DNA of 64,000 nt from Eledone cirrhosa (taxonomy: Eukaryota). This document shows positions 43,100 to 59,729 of this stretch, in pieces. The notes beneath the pieces are model-generated. The model worked only from the letters and a program-made list of their open reading frames with translations. It was not told where the DNA came from and searched no databases. Positions within the stretch are counted from its first letter, which is position 1. Every line of letters begins with the position of its first letter. Where the stretch lies: assembly GCA_964016885.1 (NCBI GenBank), contig OZ024742.1, positions 80,228,001 to 80,292,000 of the forward strand, given 5' to 3'. The translations under genes were made by a program, and so were the position numbers.

Positions 43100-44250
43100 A
43101 ATATGTCGTTTCGTTTAGTGTTTTCGATTAAATTTATCAGTAGTTGTCGGTTTTGTATTTTGGAAATTATTAGGCAATGGGGTCACAGATAATAATTATT
43201 GTGTGTTATTATGCAGAAACTACATAATATGAAAGCTGTAACTAGATAAAGTCTATCTCTCTTATATTGGTAAGTAGTGCGGGTGTGTGGCTGGTTTACT
43301 GAATAGGAATCAGGAATACGTTTAATTTATAGTTGTTTTTTTCTGGGTGTATTTTTTACGAGTGAGGATATTACATAATCTTATTTTCTGAGAGTTTAGT
43401 TTATAGTCTACTATGTTTACTCTGTGTGATACATAAGATTCGGGATATTCGAGTGTGTTATTCTAATAATTAAGTTCAGGTTTTTTGTACATATATTTAC
43501 GTTCAGATTTGAGTATTGACGGACGTATAGATTTATAGATTTAATTGAATGAATATCATATTTTAGATAAGATCCCGTTTGGCATTCAATTGCTCTTAGG
43601 TCTAATTATTTCAAATATTGCAGATGCTAATAATCTTTCAAAGTGTTTGCCTATAGATTACGAATTTCAAATTGTTCTCTTGGAATCAAATTAGCAGACG
43701 TTACTTTTATTTCCTTCACACCAATACGATTTATATTCACTTTCCACGTCGTTCTATGTTTACTTGAGACACTTTTATCAAATTACGATAGGCAGTCGTT
43801 AAAGCAAGGTGTACATTGAAAAAAGGTACATGGTCACATATGTAACCAATTGTATTCAAGGTAGGCGGGATTAGAACTGAACATGGGTAAAACAAGTCTA
43901 CAATATCCACTGTTAAATAAGTAACGATGCTCATACTCTGATTAGTGTGCCTCTAACATCTGACGCAGGGTTATACATATAAAGGAGGATACATCTCCAA
44001 TTACAGTTTAACAGCTATACTAGATTAAACCATACTTTTAACCAATAACTTTAGTTCGGCTATAAAATTACCTCTCATAGCTTCAGTTATAAAAATAACA
44101 CAAAATCTATTATTATATCTATTGAAATATATTGAATTTGTTAATATACATATGCGGGATAAATACATTAAGTATTTCACAAATGCTATTGTGCCATCAT
44201 TAGTGAGCAACAGCTGATATTCGGGCAAAATTGAAAGCACACACGAAAAT
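43100..44250 (-). mobile_element. Very old PLE-like RT remnant
   Basis: Weak motif echoes (AMRGNFIAELKLLV similar to TMGSSNSAQVTDLV, and a SSN.PP-like segment) of the Naiad-like element. Confidence 0.3.
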
Positions 44251-44923
44251 TAAAGTTACATCACTCAAACTGTCTTGTTTATTATTGTATATATTATACA
44301 TTACGTTTTCGAAATGGAGATGTTCGCACATGCCCTTGCTTTTTGTATTCTATATTGATTCTAAGGAATTCAGTAAAGAAGATTAAAATGGTACTTCGTA
44401 CTAACAACACACAGAATTGACGCTATACCCAGAGAAATTACGGAGGCCACTCACATCATAGAAGGTAGTCCTATCCTGAACAGAAAACACGAGTGGGATA
44501 GTAACAATCTGCAGCTTAATGATTGAAGACAGAATAAAGAGACAAACAAAACATAAAAGCCCATACACCAAACTATACAAAGCCACACAAACACATAAAT
44601 CACACGTAGACATAACAAACACAAAAACACTTACACACAGACGCTGGCACAAACGCATACACATACACAAAATATACAAAGGCACCATAAAACGGACAAA
44701 GATGAGATGAAGTAGAAGTTTAAGACCAGGAATAAGAGGCGACACAAAACATTCAACCATTGAGGAGTTCACAGAATGTGTGAGGAAATAATTTTTATAA
44801 ACAAATGAATAACGAACAATAAAGCTAAATAAACATTTACCATACTTAACCGTACTCATCTATAGCATTATCGGTTTCAAGTCACAATTTCACATAAAGA
44901 ATATTGCAGATCACATGCATAAA

Positions 44924-48365
<3,442 letters not shown>

Positions 48366-50257
48366 ATTTATATAATGATAATAATAATAATCATAATCAT
48401 AATGGAAATAATAAAGAAAGAAATGTATAATACTAGTGCATAAAAAATAAACAAATGAATAGATAGCAACATGCAAATTGTGATGCGTGCATAAAATTGG
48501 GAGGAATGAATAGAAGAATCGAGGTTCAGGAATGATGGGAAGTTGTAAATTGAGATTTGTTATGCAGCAGGATCAAGAGATGGTTTGAAGCAATAGTGTC
48601 ATTTCAGAACTCACTGCATTAATTAATCACCAGAACATATATCTTGTTGACCAGTTGATCGTTCTCCTTAAATTACAACGCCTATCGCTTTCTGTATCGT
48701 GTTGCTCTTGATGATAATGCTTCAGTACCATTAGTATGATGTCTCTTTTTCACGGAAGAGCAAAAGGATGCTGCATAGCTGTTAGTTACGTTTTGTTTTC
48801 TGGTATCGGAAATGAAAGGTATAATTCGTGAAACAGGAATTGACGCTGTTCGCTGTAATACAATGCTATTTTTTTTTCTGCCTCGTATTTGTGGCTTCGC
48901 ATTTAACGACTAAATTCCTAGTGAGACATTGGCAATACAGTGAGCACTCACTGCAGTTGCGGTTGATACAGTTTGATCATGGTGTAAGGTTGATGGAACT
49001 AGTGAGTGTCTAAATGTGGAACTACTGGGTGTCTGACCTTTCAATTGCTGCAATGTTCTGTGCGACATTTCGCGTTGTTGATTACGACAGATTAACAGAT
49101 ATCTCATGGAATATTTGGTGGTGCTGGTGCTGCCGTCGAAAGTATCATTGGATCAATCACAATTACGACATAGCGAGGTGTGTACAACATTCAGCCTGCT
49201 ATATTGGGTTTAACTACGCAGTTTTGTATATATTACTGGCCCTTCGTCAGTTCTAACGACGGCTGTTGCAGTTGATAATTGGCTTGTCACTGTTAAATGT
49301 TAATGAACAGTAAAACACTTGAGAGATTACAGTGCTGATTTACACTTTAGTATTCTACTTTCGAAAAATTGACCAAATACTTGAAAGAGTGGTAGTTGGT
49401 TATTGAGAGACCTGATGAATATGTTGGATGACGAAGAATTTTGTGCGTCAATTCGTTTCGTGTATGGTTGGGCGACGTATTTACCCATCACCAAAATCTC
49501 TCCATAATTGTTTTTGTAACTGTGGCTTTGGGATGAGATCACAAATTTCTCGGATCAACCACATAGCCTAACGTCGTCAGTTGTTGTATAGAATTCACTT
49601 CTCATAGTACGTCAAAGTGCGATCAATGGATCGTTTTTCTTACGTAAAAGAATCGAAGGGCAAATTTCTTATACAAAGATCTTTCCGATTATATTTCAAT
49701 TCCTGTAGCACCAATTTTTCAACTTTCTTCAACTCTCCAATTCAGATTATAGAGGTGTTGTTTCAAAACGTACATCTACCACCCGCAAACTTTCTCAGCT
49801 TCAAAACTGAATAAACCAATAATAACATTTTGAAGCCAAAGTTTCGATGTGCTGTTCAGAACAATTTCTTGTCTGCACCTTTTATTGAAATTTCCAACCG
49901 TTTGCGCTGTACTGCGACCGGGATTCAACTGACAATCATATTTACCGAAATTCCTGTTTTGATATCTTTATAAATATTTAGTAAGTGACCGTATGATATT
50001 CATATTTAAAATGCTGATTGGATCTCATCTCTGCATCCCTCTCGACACTGTAAGCTGTAGACATCAAATGGCATTTTCATTTCTGGGAACAAATAGAAGA
50101 TATGATGTACCATTCTTATGGTGCAGCAGCCAATTTTGCGGTGTAATCCATCAGTAAAATGAATTATATTCCAATAGTGTTTAATATTTTCCAGGTAATT
50201 ATCACGCTGGGAATAATTTAAGTAATTTATTCGCAGATCAAAACTGCTAACTGCTGG

Positions 50258-50333
<76 letters not shown>

Positions 50334-50343
50334 ACACACACAC

Positions 50344-50466
<123 letters not shown>

Positions 50467-50559
50467 ATGTAAATAATAAAAGCGTGTTGAATCAATCGTT
50501 TCATCCTATCACAAGGCCACAGCTATATATCATATATACACACATATATATATATATTT

Positions 50560-52648
50560 CTTTGATTTTTTCTCTTGATTTCACTTCGGCTGTGTAATTT
50601 GTAGAATGGAAATATTATAAATATTCTCTGACCACATGTTGCTAGATGGTTACTCAGGGGTATATGACGGACATTTGGGTCTCTGATGGCTGTCTGTGTA
50701 CCCGTGCACGTTCCGATAGTGCATTTCCAGTTTGACCGACATATAGCTCTTCACAATTCTGGCATTTGATAAATTAGATTTCTGCTTTTGCAGTTCATAT
50801 TTGCATATGGGAATATTTTTCCAGTTTTTGTTTTCATATATTGACCGGCGTGTATGGATTGAATTGTGCCACATCTACTATCATTGCATTGAGATGCAGT
50901 GAATGATTGGTCTTTGTTGTTAAGGTCAAACTTTGCTTTTGTTAATAATTGCTTCACATTTTTCGGCTGTCTTTTACTAAGAGTCAAAGATCGATCTGTG
51001 ATTAAACCTTTTAATTCATTACTTTCAGCAATGATCGGTAGGTTTGCTTTGGCAGTGTTAAAGATATTCAGGTGACATGGGTTGTGTTTCATTATAAATG
51101 GTATGACCAGTTCTTGGTTTCTTCTTCTTTGGGTTGACCTAAGTTGTTGTATAGGTATTTTTATAGCCAGCTGTATGCCATTTTCTATAAGTAGAGATTG
51201 GTATTTTTGTTTTAGCAAAAATTCTCTTAGTTCTGTTAGGCGTTTGTTCCTGGTATTCGTATCTTCTACAATGGTACAAATTCTTCTGGCTAGGCAGTAT
51301 GCGATGTTGCGTTTTGTATGAGGTGGATGGCACGACTTAAAATTCAGATAGTGATAGGTGTCTGTGTGTTTATAATATATATCCGTGGAAATGGTGGTGT
51401 CGTTTTTGATTATCATTATATCTAGGAATGGTAATTTGGTACTACTCATCTCTTTTGTGAATTGAAGTGATGGGTGTAGGTTATTCAGGTGGATATTGAA
51501 CTCATCCAGAGTATCTAGAAATTCTGTCCAGATGATGAAACGGTCGTCATGGTATCTCTTCCAATATATTTCAATGTACCTTCTAAAGTCAGTACTACAT
51601 TTTTCCTCTATTTCTTGGTAGAGTTGTTGTTCTAAGTATCCCATTACAGAGTTCGCGTAAACAGGAGCAGACTTCGTTCCCATCGCTGTGCCTCTAATTT
51701 GGATGTAATTCTTTCCATTGAAGAAGAAAGTGTTGTTTTCCAGAATAAGTTTAACTGCGTCTAATATAAATGGCGCTGTGAATTTGATGGGAATCACTTC
51801 TCTATGTTATTCCACACAGTATTTAACCGCCTTTATTCCTAAATCATGTGAAATGTTGGTGTAAAGGCTTACCACATCAAAACTAAGTAGAAGTAAATTC
51901 GTTTCCGTGGTTTTGGGAAGATGGGACAGGAAGTGGATATCATCCCGGATGAAACTGGGTATGTGAATACATAGTGGTTTCAAAATAATGTCAACAAAAT
52001 TGCTTAGACGGTGGGTGGGGCATGTTGGACCAGCTATAATAGGTCTAAGTTTTAAGTCTTTTGGGTGTAGTAATTTAATGTACTCACTGTTTTCTTCTTT
52101 TACTGCCAGTTGTATTTCTTTTGACTTATGAACTTTCAGTAGGCTATAAAAGGTTGCTGGGGTTTGGCTCCAAATTGGTGATGTAGTCTCCTTCCTTATC
52201 AGTAAGTGAGTTGTGGTATTTTGAAGCCAGGTTGTTGATCTTCTTCATGATGTTGTGGTCTATATTTGACGGTATTTCATGATAGAATGTTGTGTCTTTC
52301 AGTTGTTCCTGAACCAAATGTTTGTATTATTCAGCATCCATTATAGCAACTGCACCCACTTTATCTGCTTGTTTAATTATTATTGTTTTCTCATTTTGTA
52401 TACGTTTAAGTGCAGACATTTCTGATTTGTTAATGTTTGGCTTGACATTAGTATTACGTGTAAGAAGAAATTTAGACAGGATGTCAATGCATTGGTCGAG
52501 ATAGATATTTCTTCCTTTTGGCGGAGTGAAATTTGATTTATTCTTTACTAGTGATTCATTCCTCTCATTACTTTTATCCGCGAAGAATTCTACAAGACGT
52601 AATTTTCTACAGAATTCTTGGGTATCCTCCTTCAGTTCTTGGTGCTTG
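50560..52648 (-). mobile_element. Neptune-type PLE RT/GIY-YIG, left arm of an inverted pair
   Basis: ORF 50751-51797 (GTAMGTKSAP, WKRYHDD, LPFLD), plus upstream KQADKV, KVHKS, LRPIIAG. Confidence 0.9.
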
Positions 52649-52653
52649 ACTGG

Positions 52654-54662
52654 TAAGCCTTTACACCAACATTACACATGATTTAGGAATAAAGGCGGTT
52701 AAATACTGTATGTAAAAACATAGAGAAGTGATTCCCATCAGATTCACAGCGCCATCTATATTAGACGCAGTTAAACTTATTCTGGAAAACAACACTTTCT
52801 TCTTCAATGGAAAGAATTACATCCAAACTAGAGGCACAGCGATGGGAACGAAGTCTGCTCCTGTTTACGCGAACTCTGTAATGGGATACTTAGAACAACA
52901 ACTCCACCAAGAAATAGAGGAAAAATGTAGTACTGACTTTAGAAGGTACATTGAAATATATTGGAAGAGATACCATGACGACCGTTTCATCATCTGGACA
53001 GAATTTCTAGATACTCTGGATGAGTTCAATATCCTCCTGAATAACCTACACCCATCACTTCAATTCACAAAAGAGATGAGTAGTACCAAATTACCATTCC
53101 TAGATATAATGATAATCATAAACGACACCACCATTACCAAGGATATATATTATAAACACACAGACACCCATCAATATCTGAATTTTAAGTCATGCCATCC
53201 ACCTCATACAGAACGCAACATCCCATACTGCCTAGCCAGAAGAATTTGTAAAGAAATCAAGAACTGGTCATACCATTTATAATTTCACACAACCCATGTC
53301 ACCAGAATATCTTTAACACTGCCAAAGCAAACCCACCGATCATTGTTCAAAGTAATGAATTAAAAGGCTTAATCACAGATCGATCTTTCACTCTTAGTAA
53401 AAGACAGCCGAAAAATTTGAAGCAATTACTAACAAAAGCAAAGTTTGACCTTAACAACAAAGACCAATCATTCCCTGTATCTAAATGCAATGATAGTAGA
53501 TGTGGCACATATCAATCCATACACGCCGGTCAATATATGAAAACAAAAACTGGAAAAATATTCCCAAATGCAAATATGAACTGCAAAAGCAGAAATCTAA
53601 TTTACTGCATTAAATGCCCGAATTGTTAACAACTATATGTCGGTCAAACTGGAAATGCACTATCGGAACGTGCTTGGGTACACTGACTGCAAATCAGAGA
53701 CCCAAATCTCCGTCAGATACCTCTGAGTAACCATCTAGCAACATGCGGTCAGAGAATATTTATAATATTTCTATTCTACAAATTACACAGCCCAAGTGAA
53801 ATCAAGAGAAAAGTCAAAGAAAAGAATGTTATTGATAAATTCAAACTATGTTAAATGAACAATAATAATGGGATATTAATCCTACTATGACTATGACTAC
53901 GACCACTAATAACAACAATAATAATAATAATAAAAGTGATGTTGATGGTGATGATTACTAGAAAATGCTATTTTCATCGTTTCTAAAAATAGCAAAACAA
54001 TTGATGGTTTCGATAGGGTCAATTAGTAGTCGTTAGACATGCTCAACCAACCGTGACGCCTAAACCAATCAGCTTTAGTAATCCAGTGAAACTACACACC
54101 GATTGGTCGAAATACAGATTGCAAGGTTTAGCATTCTGTTGCCACTTTTCACTGTATTTTTCTTATTTGCTAAACCTTGATTATATATGTTCTGGCTCGT
54201 TAATTTATTAACCTGCCATTGAACCACATTGGCATATGGTTGGACAATACATGTGTCACTAAGCGCCTTGTGCGTGTAGGGACATATACTTTATTATTAT
54301 TATTATTCTCTTGGTTGAGAAGAAATTTGGTCGTTCTGACTGCTGCTAGTTATATCGGGAGCAGACTGACCTCCCTGCCTTTGCTTCTATCTTTACACAC
54401 GGCCCTTGAAAGAATTGCTTCCACTTCATTTATTATCATCTCGGGAACAATTTTTATTAGCGCCAGTTCGTAATTTGAACTCGGGAATTTTATATTCTCC
54501 GAGTGAAAAGATCCTTCTGACGAGAGTTTATCTTTGCAATGGATGCCGTATGGACTGTCCGTTTATGTATGAGACTCGAAACCGATTCGGTAAAGGTAAC
54601 CATAGTAAGTAGTTATTTTTTTAAAATTTACTTTGAAACTTTTTCTTATTTGCTAAACCTTG

Positions 54663-54665
<3 letters not shown>
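52654..54665 (+). mobile_element. Neptune-type PLE, right arm of the inverted pair, with 3' UTR/pLTR
   Basis: ORFs 52728-53282 and 53417-53629 are nearly identical to the left arm. HHR at 54513. The terminal ttttcttatttgctaaaccttgattatatat is repeated at ~54158 and ~54640. Confidence 0.85.
54513..54596 (+). ncRNA. Type-I hammerhead ribozyme
   Basis: cctt-CTGACGA-gagttt...agactc-GAAA-ccgattcgg-TA-aagg: intact core, 3-4 bp helix III. Confidence 0.85.
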
Positions 54666-54712
<47 letters not shown>

Positions 54713-54780
54713 CAAGTGAATGTAAATATAGAAAAACATTTAGAAATGAATTTAAAAAAATTCACTGTACCTACTATATG

Positions 54781-54863
54781 TGCCCTTACCACGGTTTCAA
54801 AGCCCGAACAAATAGATAATCCACGCGGATTTTTATTGAGAAAGAGATTATCATCAGAAGACA
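54781..54863 (-). ncRNA. Type-I hammerhead ribozyme in an orphan module (54710-55120)
   Basis: tgtctt-CTGATGA-taatct...aatcc-gcgt-ggatt...gggcttt-GAAA-ccgtgg-TA-agggca. Confidence 0.75.
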
Positions 54864-55254
54864 TTTCTCTCACGGAGAATATAAATTCTCGAGTTAAAAA
54901 TTCCATACTAGTGCCACTCCAAACTGCCTCAGAATGATAGCAAATGAATGATAAAGCTGTTTTGTCATGGTACCGTGTGCAAAGGCATTCTCCCCAATGG
55001 TAGAGACAAATTTAGTCATTTGAATGGCTGGTATTTTTAGAAGTACAGGATCAATTTGTCCACTGTGCTTTTGGCTTTGTTCCGTTCCTTCATCTAACTC
55101 TCGATCCTTATATTTCATTGTTTGTTTCTTCCTCTAAATCTTTGTTTACTTTTATACCTACAACACACGCACACGCGCACACACACACCCACGCACGCAC
55201 ACACACATACACACACACATGTAAAAACACGCACACACCCACACACACATATAT

Positions 55255-55581
55255 CTATATATGCGCAGAGAAGACAAAATAAAAATAAATAGACAGAATA
55301 AATAAAGATGGCGTAGGCATATAATACACCGGGAGGAAACATAATATGACGATGTTGCAGATGTGCAACGAAAGAACTTTGTTAGACTATATATATATGC
55401 GTTTGGGTCTAAATTGTATCTGTATTTTTTACCGTTGGTCAGTCAATGGCAACATTGAGGACCGAATAAATTAAATTAACCGATATAAACGACACAGAAG
55501 CGAAAACCAACCAAACAGTGAGTGTGTTCTGTTATTAATTCTGGCAATATTATTACACAAATATGACCCGCCAGAAAATAT

Positions 55582-55590
<9 letters not shown>
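55255..55590 (+). mobile_element. Solo pLTR related to the 16-20 kb PLE, with a decayed HHR (C3A)
   Basis: Matches the reverse complement of 19520-19830 and ends just after the ORF start (atgacc...) at (TA)n. Confidence 0.8.
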
Positions 55591-55625
<35 letters not shown>

Positions 55626-55870
55626 GGCTTGTATAGTACTATAACTGTTTCATTCGAGAGAAATCATCGAAAAAATAATGTCTAGTCCTGTAGAAACCAT
55701 TTCTATATAAAATATTTATACTCTGCTATGTATTAAGTACCCTACTTACTGTGGTTACCCCCGATTGAACCCGCGATACACACACACACACATACACAGA
55801 CACATACAGACACACACACATACACACACACATACACGCCCCAACACACACACATACACATCCCCCCTCC

Positions 55871-55907
<37 letters not shown>

Positions 55908-56806
55908 CATGTTTCTGTTGAGGGGTGCGTTTGTTTTATGTTTGTGGGTTTATTAGTGATGTTGTTGTCTATGCTACGCACTGTATGACATGCATTACAC
56001 AAACTACAATCCAAGCAAAATAACACATAAGTTATCAATGAATTCTTAAAATTCATTTCGCCACACCGCAGCATATTTGCTATTATCAATGATAATGAAA
56101 GTAATTGTAGCATTGTTTAAAATTGGTGGTGTTTATGGTTTGTCCCCAGGAAAATTTGATCAAATAGACATCTTGGCTTTTGTTATTTGTAAATATGACA
56201 TTTCTCTGACTACATTCAACATATACATCTCTTTAATGCTAAGGAATATTTCAAAGCAATTTCTAGCAACTTATGCGGCCACATAGATATTCATGCTTTG
56301 TCTTGTAGTTCATGTAACAATGCTTATAGAATTTTATTATCCAAAACCAGAGGTGAAATTATAGGTCATATTTATTTTATTTTCACTGTGACACATATTG
56401 AATCTCATTCACGCACTCGTACACGATCTCATTCACACACTCATACAAACACATATGCATACAGACATAAATAAATACATGTGTAGAAAATACCCATATT
56501 GGATCTGTTATGATATACATTCAGATATTAAAACAATTACATTTTATTCTTTTTGTCATGTTTTCGTTTTTAATTTTATTTTCATATGATTGTTCTCTTG
56601 TTCGATGATTTGTTTCAATATTAGTCTACTGAGGTGGTGGATGTCACCTGAATGTTTTTGCTATTGCCAACGAGTAAGTAAGGGTCACTGTATTGTGTTC
56701 TGCAAACCAATTGGAAAATATATATACTAACGCTCCAACGATCATTATCCATTCTACTCTTTTGATTCTCTCTCTCTCTCCCTCTCCCCCTCCTCTCCCC
56801 CTCTCC

Positions 56807-56841
<35 letters not shown>

Positions 56842-56850
56842 ACGAATGAA

Positions 56851-57050
56851 GCGTGGTAGGGAAACAGATGGACTATAACGCACCAGAGTAATCAATACTT
56901 AGGTTAGTAGAGTGGGTAATAGGAAAATGTTTATCCCTGACGGCAGAGCTCAAGCCGTTTCGACGGCTATATCTGGACTATTTCTGGACTATTTAGTCCA
57001 TAAATAGCCGTCGAAACGGCTGAGCTCTGCAGTCGGGGCTAAACATGTTT
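56851..57050. repeat. Family A repeat with fold-back inversion
   Basis: 56926-56980 and 56993-57048 are imperfect inverted repeats. Flanked by (TA)n. Confidence 0.7.
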
Positions 57051-57056
57051 ATATAT

Positions 57057-57117
<61 letters not shown>

Positions 57118-57186
57118 AATAAAATTTGTTTTTGGTTTTAACGTGGTGCTATATCTAAGAGTATTCTTGAGTGAATAATAATGATA

Positions 57187-57646
57187 TAATTGTTTCTACT
57201 TTTGGCACAAGGCCAGCAGTTAACACTACATTACTGCTACTTTATTCTATCGATTCCGGAAGGATGAAAGGCAAAGTTAACCTCGGCGGGATTTGAACTC
57301 AGTCCGTAAAGGGACGTAACTCTATACTGAAAGCATGGTGTCCGACTCTCTACCAATACTGCCAAATATAATAAGAAGAATTGTATGTACTTTTGACACA
57401 AGGCCAGCAATTACACAGTGTATTACTGGTACATTATTTTATCGACCCCATGAGGAGGAAAGGCAAATTAACATCGGCCGGATTTGAACTCAGAATGAGA
57501 AGGGCAATAACTCTATGCGTCAAAGCATGACGTCCGACCCTCTACCGATACTGCCAATCCACCACCAGACTCAATAACAATAATAGTTTCTACTTTGGCA
57601 CAAGGCCAGCAATTACCCAGTGTATTACTGGTACTTTATTTTATCG

Positions 57647-57648
<2 letters not shown>
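57187..57648 (-). mobile_element. Cluster of three tRNA-derived SINE copies (the last truncated)
   Basis: Copies at ~57187-57365, ~57378-57565 and ~57580-57647. Confidence 0.85.
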
Positions 57649-57698
<50 letters not shown>

Positions 57699-57700
<2 letters not shown>

Positions 57701-57969
57701 GGAATGATACCTAAGGGGTCTAATGATTACTTATCGCAAATCCCAGGAAACCCGCGTATATGAGAAATACAAAAGATAGTACTAATGGGAACTGCCCATA
57801 TACTAAGGAAGATTCTGTCAATATAAGTACATCACAAGTCTAAACACTAAAGATGCATGTGTGAGTATGTATGTTCTTTCTTGAACATGGCGGACCGTGT
57901 TGTCTCTTGAGGTCACTGGTTGTGACTTGGTGATAACTCGTATGAACATAAAGCAAGATAAATGCAACT

Positions 57970-57970
<1 letters not shown>
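57699..57970 (+). mobile_element. R4/Dong-like LINE, short 3' copy 1, between (AAT)n tracts
   Basis: Matches 59445-59712. Confidence 0.9.
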
Positions 57971-58031
<61 letters not shown>

Positions 58032-58032
<1 letters not shown>

Positions 58033-59712
58033 TGGATGACCTGAAACTATTTGCAAAAAATGATGAACAATTGCAAGGGCTATTATCCACTGTGAAGCAG
58101 TTCAGTGATGACATTAAAATGGAGTTTGGACTGGATAAATGCGCCAAAGCAACGTTCACCAGAGGAAAGCTGCTGAAGAGTTCAGACATTAATCTTGATC
58201 GGGGGAACGTGATAAGAGAGCTTGATCAAGAACAAACTTACAAATATCTAGGTGTTTGTGAAGGAGACAGAATCAAGCACTCGACAATGAGGGAAAGGAT
58301 AAGGAAGGAATGTTACCGCAGAGTCAGAGCAATCTTAAGAACGGAATTGAATGCAAGGAATAGGATCGATGCCATAAACACGCTTGCCATACCAGTAGTA
58401 ACCTACAGTTACAATGTCATCAACTGGTCAAGCACAGTAGGCTCGATACAAAAATCCGAAAATTCTTAACCATGCACAGAATGCATCACCCTAAGGCAGA
58501 CATAGATAGAATATATCTCCCTAGGAAAGAAGGAGGACGTGGGTTAATCCAGTTAGACATTGCGTTGAAAACTGCAACAATTGGATTATCCACATATCTA
58601 AGGGAATCACATGATTGGATGATCAAACTCGTTTTGAAACACGAAAGCACCAAAAGATCATATTCCATTACAAAAGATGCACAAAGATACAGTAATGGAC
58701 TACAAATTTCAGAAGTCCCATTTACTGCTGAAATGGAAAACACAGAAAAAGCAAAGCAGGTAAAAGTAACTGCAAAGAAAGAACTGCTACAGAAACTGGC
58801 TAAGAAATGGCAAGAAAAGCCTCTGTATGGAAAATACCCAGAGCGAGCTAACAATCCTGATGTTGACAAAACTTTAACCCATCAGTGGTTGGCATCCTCT
58901 GGACTGAAATCGGAGACTGAAGGACTGATTATATCCGCACAAGATCAGTGTCTGCCAACAAAAAATTACCAAGCCAACATAATAAAAAATGGGTGCAGCC
59001 CATTATGCCGTGTATGCAAAAAACAACCAGAGACCATTGACCATATAATTTCAATGTGCAGTCCTATAGCTCCAACCGAATACCTAAACAGGCATGACAG
59101 AGCTGCACAATACATACATTGGATAATGTGCAAGCATTTTGACCTGCCCCATCAAAAGAATTGGTGGGAGCATCAACCACCTCCCATACTTGAAAAAGAT
59201 CACATCTCAATCTTGTGGAACTTTAGCATCCAAACAGACCGAAAAATAGATGCAAATAGACCTGATATAATATTGAAGGACTTTCAAAGGAGGGTATGCC
59301 TGCTAATTGATATGTCTGTTCCAATAGACAAGAATGTATCTATAAAAACATTTGAAAAATTGAGCAAGTATAAGGACCTGGAGATAGAAATTGGAAAAAT
59401 GTGGAAATTGAGAACTAAAACAATACCAGTGGTTGTAGGCGCTCTGGGAATGATACCTAAGGGGTCTAACGACTACTTATCGCAAATCCCAGGAAACCCG
59501 CGTATAGGAGAAATACAAAAGATAGTACTAATGGGAACTGCCCATATACTAAGGAAGATCCTGTCAATATAAGTACATCACAAGTCTAAACACTAAGGAT
59601 GCATGTGTGAATATGTGTGTTCTTTCTTGAACATGGCGGACCTTGTTGTCTCTTGAGGTCACTGGTTGTGACTTGGTGATAACTCGTATAAACATAAAGC
59701 AAGATAAATGCA
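58032..59712 (+). mobile_element. R4/Dong-like LINE, copy 2 (5'-truncated at the MDD motif)
   Basis: MDDLKLF, YKYLG, GGRGL, CRVC..ETIDHIISMC, RHD, RPDI, IDMSVP, KLSKY (CCHC + REL endonuclease). A 7-bp deletion at ~58436 relative to copy 3. Confidence 0.92.
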
Positions 59713-59729
59713 AATAATAATAATAATAA

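Noticed and set aside
48550-49950. Unique, moderately complex sequence possibly from a host exon or old DNA transposase
   Set aside because: No sustained ORF or motif I can identify. It needs BLASTX/Dfam.
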